From contig OX597823.1 of assembly GCA_951406725.2 (NCBI GenBank), positions 78,244,001 to 78,308,000 of the forward strand: DNA of 64,000 nucleotides. Reading direction: 5' to 3'. This stretch comes from Octopus vulgaris (Eukaryota). A program made the translations under genes and the position numbers. This document shows positions 53,245 through 64,000 of this stretch, piece by piece (position 1 is the stretch's first letter; every line of letters begins with the position of its first letter). The notes under the pieces are model-generated. The model was not told the DNA's origin. It ran no database searches and saw only the letters and a list, made by a program, of their open reading frames with translations.

Positions 53245-53770
53245 TTGTTAATTGTAGAGGGAACGTGTGAAAGAGATACACCCAGGAAGATATGGGACAA
53301 AGTGGTGAGAAAGGATCAAGAAATGTTGAGGTACAAAGAGGGGATGACAGGGGACCAAGACTCCTGGTGGTTTGCTGTGCTGGAAATCGCACATTAGACT
53401 GTAAAAGTATGATGGCCCTTGCATACAGGCTCATCCCTTGCAAACCCCTTTGCTGTATGCAAGAACACTCGATCACCACAATAGAATTGATATCCTAAAA
53501 CCAAGGACCCATATAAACAGCACTGGTGAGGCTGCTGGTGCCATGTAAAAAGCACTGGTGCTGGTGACACCTAAATAGCACTGATGTTAGTGCCATGTAT
53601 AAAGCACTGGTGTTGACACAATGTGAAAAGCACCAAGTACACTCTATAAAGTGGTTGGCATTAGGAAGGGCACCCAGCCATAGAAACCAAACTGAAATAG
53701 AATGTGGAAGCTGGTGCAGCTTCTGTCCTAGCCAGATCTTGTTGAACCAGAAAACAGACATTAAATGTTG
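53245..53770 (+). mobile_element. RTE ORF end followed by a family C-type 3' region
   Basis: LIVEGTCERDTPRKIWDKVVRKDQEML..MTGDQDSWWFAVLE, then gcactggtg repeats and ggttggcattaggaagggca. Confidence 0.7.
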
Positions 53771-53777
53771 TAGCTGT

Positions 53778-54071
53778 TTGTTTGTTGAGCGAAGCGATCT
53801 CCGTCCCAGAGCTCGCAAGATCGCACCTCTGTAGTGGGAGAAGTCTGAAACGAGGTCCTTTGGTATTCGTAAGACCCGCAGAAGAGAAAGCAGGTCAACC
53901 CCCAACATCGAGAGCATCGACGGATGGATGAATGCGCATCCAGGCTCAGCGGTTGCGTAGGAAGTCGGGGACAAGAAACAGGAAGAAAGAGTGAGAGAAA
54001 GTTGGAGCGAAAGAGTACAACAGGGGTCGCCACCACCCCCTTGCTGGAGCCTCGTGGAGCTTTAGGTGTGT
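53778..54071 (-). mobile_element. Family D4 SINE (5'-truncated, distinct GC-rich tail)
   Basis: D body acacctaaagctccacgaggctcc..gtactctttcgc..ctttctctcactctt, then a unique 200-bp tail ending (aaac)n. Confidence 0.8.
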
Positions 54072-54920
54072 TGTTGCTGTTCTTGGTGCTGGTTGTGGTG
54101 ACGATGATGATGATGATGTTTGAGAAACAGGTTGGACAGTTCTCACATTTTGCTGCATGTTGTCTTTCATCATGCAGCTCACATGCGCACACCTACAGCA
54201 ACTCAAAAAAAAAAACTCTACCATCCATCTTCTTGTCATTCATTATGTTGTTGTTGTTTTTTTCACCTTGGTTTTCTTTGAGGAAACAATTTTCTTTATC
54301 CAACTTCTTCACAAGGTTGACTAGGTGCATTTTCATAATACGCCTCTGGTAGTAGAATTGTTGTCACCATCATGACTAACAAGCCTCTGCTATACACTAC
54401 ATTGTTCTCTCATCATTCCTACCTTTTCGGTATCGTTTACAGTTTTATACCCTTACAAAAAAGAGAAAGAAAAGAGAAAGAGACAAAAAAGAGAAAGAGA
54501 CAAAAAAGAGAAAGAAAATACCTGTACACTCATCAAAAATTCTACCTGACATTTTTTATTTTTATATTTATTTAAAAAAGAAAATGCTTTTTTTTTCTCT
54601 CTTGTTTTTACATGTATGCTTTTACAGATATTTTTTTATTAAAAGTTGTTGATTCCTATACACTTACATACATACACATACATGCACTCACACTCACATG
54701 CTCATACACATACATGCAGCATTACACAGGCACACAGCATAACTTAATTGCATGTGCAAAGTCATCGAATTGTATGGTGTAACATTCCAATTAATGTGTT
54801 TTATCACTGCAAACATTGACATAGTATACCCAACAGTAGATTGTAATGCAACAAACAGATCAATAGGAAATACAACAGACTTTTATTGGAACACACACAT
54901 AAACACAAACCCACATAAAT

Positions 54921-55005
<85 letters not shown>

Positions 55006-56080
55006 TATATTTCTGTCTGCCTGTTTGTCTATTGTGTTATATATATATCTATGTATGTGTATATATGTACTTATGTATGCATGTATGTATACAAGTGTAT
55101 TTGTGTGTGCATTTGAGTGCAAATCAGTCTATACATACATACATACACACACATATATATATATACATACACATATATATACATTTCTGTTTGCCTGTTT
55201 GTCTATTGTTTTATATATATGTATGTATGTGTATATATGTACTTATGTATGCATGTATGTATTTATGTATTTGTGTGTGTGTTTGAGTGCAGATCAATCT
55301 ATATTATTTATCATGGTACAATAGTGATTGCTATTTTATTCAGAGACAGACAGACAGACAGTTTTTTTTTTATTTAGTACCATTCTATTGTAAACAATAT
55401 GCTTATACTCATGGCAATTTAAAACTCTTTAGAAACGCTTGCAATTAATTGCTGTATATATAATCAACAATGAGCCCTAGATCAGTGCTTACTCTTTGGA
55501 CCTTCGATACAAAAACGTATCATTTGATTCTCAGATGCAATGTATTTAAGGGTCTACAGCCCCCACTACATCCTAACTGTTGTTAGACAATATGATGGAC
55601 TTTGATAAAGATACAGTTGCTATTTTTCACTCATTGATTTATTTACATTGTCATTAGAGAGCGTAGCTGTGTAGAAGTACATTTTTCTTTTGAATTGTGT
55701 ACCCACTTCAGCAAGTTATTTGATGTTTACGTGGAAATATACACACAATCTGGGTATAAAATAATATTCTAATTATCGTGCACTCAAGTCCACAGCATAA
55801 TGTTGATATTGATAGCAGAGTTAAAATGATTATCAGAAGAATTATTTGTTTTGACTGCCTATCTCAAACAATATTTTTGTTTACAATAGTGTTGGTATTA
55901 AAATCCAAGGAAACTGCTCAGAAAAACCATTATGGACATGTTATATTTGTATTTTCCTCTAGAGAAGAAAGTTATCATTACTTCAAGAAAATAGCAATGG
56001 AAAAAAGGGTTTAGTTTTTACCATTAGATATGTTTTCTCCTCTCATTGAATCTGATTGCTTATTATTATTATTTTTATTA

Positions 56081-56115
<35 letters not shown>

Positions 56116-56154
56116 TATTGTTGTTATTATTTTGTTGTTGTTGTTGTTGTTTGA

Positions 56155-56464
56155 GCTAGAAGAATTGTTAGCATGCCAAGCAGAATGCTTAGCAGCATTT
56201 TGTCTGTCTTCACATTCTGAGTTCAAATTCCACTGAGGTCGACTTTGCCTTTCATCCTTTCAGGGTCGATAAATTAAGTACCAGTGAAACACTGGGGTCG
56301 TTGTAATTGATTTATCCCCTCTCCCCAAATTTCAGGCCTTGTGGCTTTAGTAAAAAAGATTATCAATATTATTATCATCATCATCATAATCATCCTTATC
56401 ATTATTATCATCATCATCATCATCATCATCATCATTATCATTATTACTATTATTATTATCATCA

Positions 56465-56519
<55 letters not shown>

Positions 56520-56752
56520 CATTATTATTAAAGGTGGCGAGCTGGCAAAATCATTAGCACACTGGGCAGAATACTTAACAGCATTTCATCCGTCTTCTCA
56601 TTCTGAGTTCAAATTCTCCCAAGCTTCACTTTGTCTTTCATCCTATTAGGGTCAATGATAAAAGTACCAATTGAGTACTGGGGTTGATGTAATTGGCTAT
56701 CCCACCTCACCCAGTTTCGGGTCCCGTTCTGCATTTATTTTCATTTTCATTA

Positions 56753-56786
<34 letters not shown>

Positions 56787-56860
56787 CATCATCATCATTG
56801 TGGTGAGCTGGCAGAATCATTTGTATGCCAGATAAAAGTATTCAGTGGTATTTCATCCAT
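56155..56860 (+). mobile_element. Cluster of family B SINEs separated by (ATT)/(ATC)n tracts
   Basis: Copies at about 56155-56360, 56531-56720 and 56800-56860. Confidence 0.8.
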
Positions 56861-56865
56861 ATTCT

Positions 56866-57235
56866 CTCTCTCTTTACTCTTTTACTTGTTTCAGTCATTT
56901 GACTGTGGCCATGCTAGAGCTCTGCCTTTAGTCGAGCAAATCGACCCCAGTACCTATTCTTTCTAAGCCTAGTGCTTATTCTATCAGTCTCTTTTATGCC
57001 AAACCACTATGTTACAGGGACGTAAACACACCAGCATCGGTTGTCAAGCGATGTTGGGGGAGAGGACAAACACAGACACACAAACATATACACACATACA
57101 TATATATATATACACACACACGATGGGCTTCTTTCAGTTTTTGTCTGCCAAATCCATTCACAAGGCTTTGGTCGGCCCGAGGCTATAGTAGAAGGCACTT
57201 ACTCAAGGTGCCACGCAGTGGGACTGAACCCAGAA
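56866..57235 (-). mobile_element. Family A SINE (5'-truncated)
   Basis: Reverse complement of family A. Confidence 0.88.
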
Positions 57236-57293
57236 TGTATACTCCATACCATGCAGCTGCAGTAGGTTATACAGAGGCTAAACAGTCTGTCTT

Positions 57294-57335
57294 CACCTGA
57301 TCAAGGCTGGAGCATATATCAGCCAAAACATTGTG
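57294..57335 (+). ncRNA. Degenerate minimal hammerhead motif
   Basis: CAC-CUGAUCA-a-GGCUG(10 nt)CAGCC-AAAAC-AUU^GUG. Stems I and II are intact; G8 and G12 are mutated. Confidence 0.55.
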
Positions 57336-57993
57336 TTAACAACAAACAAAATGAGGACAAATATCCATCAAATGTAAATAATGTTTATAGAATTCCCCAT
57401 CTCTTAAATATAGAACTCTAATACAAACATTTTGAGAGATCCTTTGTTTATTTTGCTTAAAGTTACCCTTAGCTATGGCTACAATAATTCAGAGAACCAA
57501 ATGAATCAGTGGTGACGTGAAATGTGAAATACCATTTCATGTAGATCCAAGATAATATTGAACTGTAGAAAAATATGAGCCATGACATTTTGGTATGTAA
57601 GTTGTGTGAAATAATTAGTAATTAGTGAATAATTAATGAAGAAGAGGTATATTGAATTATTGTGTGATCATTGATGGTCTGGAAAAACTATTAATCCATC
57701 TAGGCTTTGGTACCAAGGAAACCAACCAGATAAATCAGTGATGTTTTGTGTGTGTGTGAGTGAGAGAGAGAGAGAGAGAGAAAGAGATGAATAGAAGTAT
57801 ATCAAATGTTATACAGGATAAACTGGTGATATAGTGAAGCCATCTTCTCTTCAAGAGAATAAACAAATGCCTTGTGGTGATTGTGATTGATTCCAATGTG
57901 TGAGAAGTGAGATAATCTTAAGAATCAAGGATTCTTCAAAATTGACTTACCTCTAATGAAAACTCAGTCTGATAATCTGGAGACAAAAATACA

Positions 57994-58038
57994 GCTACGG
58001 ACATGTGTTTCTGCTTCAATAAGTGTTGTCAGCACAGC
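57994..58038 (-). ncRNA. Degenerate minimal hammerhead motif
   Basis: Minus strand reads GCUGUG-CUGACAA-cacuu auug aagca-GAAAC-ACAU-GUC^CGUAGC, with a 6-bp stem I and G8A. Confidence 0.6.
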
Positions 58039-59091
58039 AGTTGTTCTACCTTGAATCTAAGAGTTGAGATTTTTAGATATATACAAAAAGAAGAAATATT
58101 TACGGCTCAGGGCAATTTGCATAATATAAACAAAATTTACTAAGAGAAATAACTCAGAGTGACCAGTAGTATGACTATAAACAATAATAATGAATGGACT
58201 CACTGAGTTGGCTGGCTGGCTGGCTGGTTGGTTCCTTTCTGCAGTTTCCAGCTGCCAAGATCACTTGAAAGCTATTAGCTTGAAGCGATGATAAAAGATG
58301 CTTTCCACTTACTGGTACTGAAACCGGAACTCTATGCTTGCATATCAAACTTGTTAAACATGCAGCTGTACTTTCATTCATTATACGAATAAAAAAACAC
58401 TAAGCACAATCTATTAAGCAATATAAAAACAGAAATACTATTTTGTGATCAGAATTTATTGGTGGTTATCAAAGGATTTTGAAAATTGACTATAAATATA
58501 TAATGATTGGTGAACGTAAATATTCAATACTATGCTTCAATAGCTGGAGAATCATGTCTGGGAGATAAGCTCTCTGGTGAATAGGTTTATGAACATTTTC
58601 TTATGTAACTTGATCATCTGGCTCTCAAGTGATTTGAACGTCTGTTTGTTGAAATATTTCACTTAAACAGATTTAACAGATGAAGAAGGCAATTTTATAT
58701 TGCTGTTGCTTCCAGCAGCTCCTAATGTGTTCAAGAATTGGGGGATGGTATTATACATTTTGTATTGAGCACTTGAAGTAGCTTTAAAAAAAATGTGCTG
58801 TTTTGTTTTGTTTTGTTTTGGAAGGGTGGGAGTGGGGAGCAGTTAATAGAAATTCTCTGGTGTATTTAATTGTCTTAATGAACATATATTCATGTAAGAC
58901 GACAGACCTCAGACCTTAATTTAGAATTGAAGTGTGACAGCCAAATAATTTACTTCCTGAACATGTCACTCATGGTTGGTATTTTATAGAGATTAGTCTT
59001 CTTGTATTTGATGCTTTCACCATTTTGTAAAGTTTATTTTGCTCAATGAAAAAAATATGCAAGACCATTCTTATATAGCAGAATAATAAAA

Positions 59092-59710
59092 GGTGACAAG
59101 CTGGCAGAAACGTTAGCACGCTGGGTGAAATGTGTAGCCGTATTTCGTCTGCCGCTACGTTCTGAGTTCAAATTCCACCGAGGCCGGCTTTGCCTTTCAT
59201 CCTTTCGGGGTTGATTAAATAAGTAGCAGTTACACACTGGGGTCGATGTAATTGACTTAATTCCTTTGTCTGTCCTTGTTTGTCCCCTCTGTGTTTAGCC
59301 CCTTGTGGGCAATAAAGAAATAAGAAACGTTAGCACGCCGGGTGAAATGTGTAGCCGTATTTTGTCTGCTGTTACGTTCTGAGTTCAAATTCCGCTGAGG
59401 TCGACTTTGCCTTTCATCCTTTCAGGGTTGATAAATTAAGTACCAGTTACGCACTGGGGTCGATATAATCCACTTAATCCGTTTGTCTGTCCTTGTTTGT
59501 CCTCTCTGTGTTTAGCCCCTTGTGGGTAGTAAAGAAATAGAAATAGGTATTTTTGTCTGTCTTTATGTTCTGAGTTCAAATTTTACCCAGGTTGACTTTG
59601 CCTTTCATCCTTTTGGGGTTGATAAATTAAGTACCAGTTGTGTAATGGGGTCAATATAATCGACTGGCCCCCGTCCCAAAAATTTCCGACTTTGTGCCTA
59701 GAGTAGAAAA
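59092..59710 (+). mobile_element. Tandem trimer of family B SINEs
   Basis: Units at about 59092-59322, 59323-59540 and 59541-59710, each restarting inside the head. Confidence 0.9.
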
Positions 59711-59774
59711 GAATAGTAATTGGTAGTTCTGATGGTTTCAGTGTAGTGTTACCTACCATGAAGATGCATAGCTG

Positions 59775-60030
59775 AGGCAGTGTGTTGTGTCTTTCAGCAA
59801 GACACTTTATTTCATGTTTCTCCAGTCAACTCAGCCAGCAAAAATGAGTTGTACTTCTAAATCAAAGAGTCAGCCTTGTCACATTGAGTCATGCTAAATC
59901 TCTGTGAGAACTACATTAAGAGTGCACAAGTCCGTAGAGTACTCAGCCACTTGCATGTTAATTTCATGAGCAGGCTAAACCCTTGATTGGATCATCTGGA
60001 ACCCATATCATTGAAGCTGATTGAATGCCA
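59775..60030 (+). mobile_element. Degenerate SINE-like element (family G)
   Basis: gtgttgtgtctttcagcaagacacttta..actcagcc..aaatgagt is a CORE-like body. Single copy in this window. Confidence 0.45.
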
Positions 60031-60132
60031 GTTATTACATATCGTTACTATCATCATCATCATTAGTCTACTTTGCTACATTTGCATAGATTGGGCCTTT
60101 TCTAGCATACTTTTTGAAGTCCATCATCTAGC

Positions 60133-60540
60133 GTAGGTACAGGAGTGGCTGTGTGGTAAATAGCTTGCTTACCAACCACATGGTTCCAGGTTCAGTCCCA
60201 CTGTGTGGCACCTTGGGCAATTGTCTTCTACTATAGCTTGGGCCGACCAAAGACTTGTGAGTGGATTTGGTAGACGGAAACTGAAAGAAGCCCGTTGTAT
60301 ATATGTATGTATGTATGTATGTGTGTGTATATATGTGTTTGTGCATCTGTATTTGTCTCCAGCATCACTTGACAACCGATGACGGTGTGTTTATGTCCCC
60401 ATAACTCAGCAGTTCAGCAAAAGAGACCAATAGAATAGGTACTAGGCTTCCAAAGATTAATTCCTGGGGTCGATTTGCTCAACTAAAGGCGGTGCTCTAG
60501 CATGGCAGCAGTCAAATGACTGAAACAAGTAAAAGAGTAT
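60133..60540 (+). mobile_element. Family A SINE
   Basis: Full length. Confidence 0.92.
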
Positions 60541-60754
60541 CATTTGTGAGGTCAGCATTTTAAGATCAGCCTTCACCATTTCCAGTGTCTTATTTGATTT
60601 TATGTGGTGGTTGGGACAACATGTTGATATCAAATATCTCCATTTCCTCTCATGGCTTCTGTGATTTTCTCAACCATGTGTATTCCAGCTATCAGTAGAT
60701 GACCCTCACCTTTCATTTACACCTTGTCAGTATTTAGTCATTACATTCCATACA

Positions 60755-61532
<778 letters not shown>

Positions 61533-62110
61533 TTCCATATATAGTTATTTTCATACCAGTCATATCCTTTCCATAAAGTTAAGCTCACTTTTTACCTTAC
61601 CCATCATTCTTACAAGTCACTTGTATATATTCAATTTGTCACACATAATTCGTTCCTCTTCACAGCCTTTGTACATGTTCCGCATTGAATAATGCTTTAT
61701 TAGTATGCAGTATCACACTTCTTGCACATACTTAATATAGACTACCTTTTGATTAGATTTTTTTTAAAATTATTTCAACAGTTTTCGTCACTTTCTTAAT
61801 CCTCTTAGAGCAAGCTGTAGTGCTAATTGTATTCAGATAATAAAGAAAAACCATCAATTACATCTTGGAATCTAAGTAGTTTATGGTTTCCATTTCTTGT
61901 GGACTCTCTTACTGTTAACTGCAATTGTACTTCTCTACTACATCTGAAGTTATTACACTAGAAATAAAACTGTATCTTTGGAATTGGATACATAATACTT
62001 AGTTCTTTGCAGTCTCTTTCCCATATAACAGGCATACTATATTCCAAACTATATCTGGCATATAATATTGGTCATTGTTGCATTGCCATTTAGACATTTA
62101 GTTTGTAGAG
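61533..62110 (-). mobile_element. Highly decayed RTE-like LINE remnant (probably continuing at 60545-60750)
   Basis: Weak similarity to the RTE fragments at 7050-7452 and 23340-23488. Confidence 0.45.
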
Positions 62111-62438
62111 CATTCTTCTTAATATGGGCATTTCTCTGAGGTTCTTCGACAGATTGTGTAATGAGAACAAGGTAATTTCATCATCATTTTAACATTCACT
62201 TTTGAGTTTACTGAAGCAAATTTTCTGTAACTGGATGACCTTCCTGTCACCTACCCTCACCTATTTCCAAGTAAGGCAATACTCACCCATGGCCCGACAT
62301 GATTTCACTTTTAATAATGGAAGGCAAGGTTTACAATATTGGAAGAATATTGTCTTCTTCCATCATTCCTTTTTGTTCTTTATGTAGTTCTATATATATA
62401 TATATACATAATATATATATATAGATAGATAGATAGCT

Positions 62439-62830
62439 CATCATCATCATTTAACGTCTGTTTTCCATGATGGCATGGGTTGGACAGTTTGATTGAGGTC
62501 TGGAAAGCTAGCGGCTGCACCAGGCTCCAATCTGATCTGGCAATGTTTCTACAGCTGGATGTTCTTCTTAATGCCAACCACTCAGAGAGTGTAGCAGGTA
62601 CTTTTTCCATGCCATTAGCACAGGAGTCAGTCAAGCAGACCTGATATCGATCACATTTGGATGGTGCTTTTTACATGCCACCGACTCAGGAACCAGTCAG
62701 GGGGCACTGGCACTGACCACATTCGGATGGTGCTCTTTACATGCTACCGGCACAGGGGCCAGTCAGGCAGCCCTGGAGCAATCACATTCAGATGGTACTT
62801 TTTACATGCCACCAGCATGGGACAAGCCCG
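62439..62830 (-). mobile_element. Family C retroposon with internal tandem units
   Basis: (CAT)n tail, core, and three copies of cacatt..gatggt.ct.tttacatgc.acc. Confidence 0.85.
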
Positions 62831-63615
62831 TTGCAGATGCATCTTGTTACACTTTACTTTTAGTCAGAAGACAAAACATTTTGTTGATTTTTATCTAGCT
62901 GTTCCATCTGACATCATTGAATGTTCTGCATGGGCATCCATAGGTTTGGGCTTGTAGAAAAATCCAGGACTGAGAAAGATTTCTAGCAGGCAAAAAACTT
63001 CTAGATTGCAAATAATAGTTCTGAGGTAGAATAATTGTGCAATATCTTTTTAGTATGACAGTGATATAAATATTAGCAGCACTGAATAATTTAGTGTTTC
63101 ATTAGCTTTCATTGCTGAGCTCAAATACTATCAGAGGCTTAGCTTTGGAAGCTATTCTCTTAAAATCATTAGCGGTGATCAACGACTAATGCATGCATTT
63201 GATTGGGGAAAATTGATATTGATTTATGTTGGTGAATGTCTACAAGTGTATGCTTTGTACACACACATACATATAGAGGAAGAAAATAACTGGCAAAAAT
63301 ATATATAGGTAATATTGTATTCATAATCCAGCATTGTACACAACTGAAGCAGTGTTGAATTAAGATATTTGTCTAGGTATTAATGTATGTACACCATTGA
63401 GAGGCAAATTACTGCAGTGTTCATCTGAGATGAAATATCTTAAATTTTTGCTGATTCAGCTCCTTGCAACTTACAGTTGTGTAGCTTTGTAGAGCAAACC
63501 TACAAAATTTGAAGCTAAATGGAGCCGAGTTAAGCTTTTATTTACTAATATATGTAACTCTTACCAAATGTGTTTAGTGCCACTTTTTTTGTTTGTCTAC
63601 TCACTCATGTATAGA

Positions 63616-63619
<4 letters not shown>

Positions 63620-63663
<44 letters not shown>

Positions 63664-63899
63664 GTGTATGTACGTGTGTGTATATGTTTGTGTGTCTGTG
63701 TTTGTCCCAACAACATTGCTTGACAACTGATGCTGGTGTGTCTATGTCCCCATAACTTAGCAGTTCGGCAAAAGAGACCGATAGAATAAGTACTAGGCTT
63801 ACAAAGAATAAGTTCAGGGGTTGATTTGCTCAACTAAAGGTGGTGCACCAGCATGGCTACAGTCAAATGACTGAAACATGCAAAAGAGTAAAAGAGTAT
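63620..63899 (+). mobile_element. Family A SINE 3' half
   Basis: Microsatellite, 3' module and aaaagagt tail. Confidence 0.88.
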
Positions 63900-64000
63900 A
63901 CAGCTATTTATTTATTTATTTATCTGACTGTCTGTCTATCGTTCTATACACAAATACACATATACATACATACATACATGTGTGTGTGTGTGCATATGTA

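Noticed and set aside
12894-60375. Recurrent ORFs ending in peptides such as GLNPEPCGW or LQLDALPNANH
   Set aside because: Chance reading frames of SINE/retroposon families A-D.

Overview
AT-rich, microsatellite- and retroposon-dense animal genomic DNA. The SINE repertoire and a mollusc-type cox1 NUMT suggest an octopus or other cephalopod; this is inferred. Only about 580 bp is host coding sequence: three + strand internal exons (976-1159, 8333-8520, 19693-19903) that splice in frame into CUB domains closely resembling SOL-1 (suppressor of lurcher 1), an auxiliary subunit of ionotropic glutamate receptors. The rest appears intronic (7.2 kb, 11.2 kb and apparently more than 44 kb). The introns hold several tRNA-derived SINE families, decayed RTE and CR1/Zenon LINEs, a non-autonomous Helitron, a piggyBac-type MITE and a cox1 NUMT. 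Nearly all ORFs in the supplied track are microsatellite or SINE artefacts. The most notable hidden signal is a set of at least 8 minimal type-I hammerhead-ribozyme motifs, many in fold-back elements embedded in (TA)n tracts, which is the signature of Penelope-like retroelements and retrozymes. The best-preserved cores are antisense to the host gene, and the sense copies have mutated cores. Repeat boundaries were read by eye and are approximate, and family labels A-H are my own.
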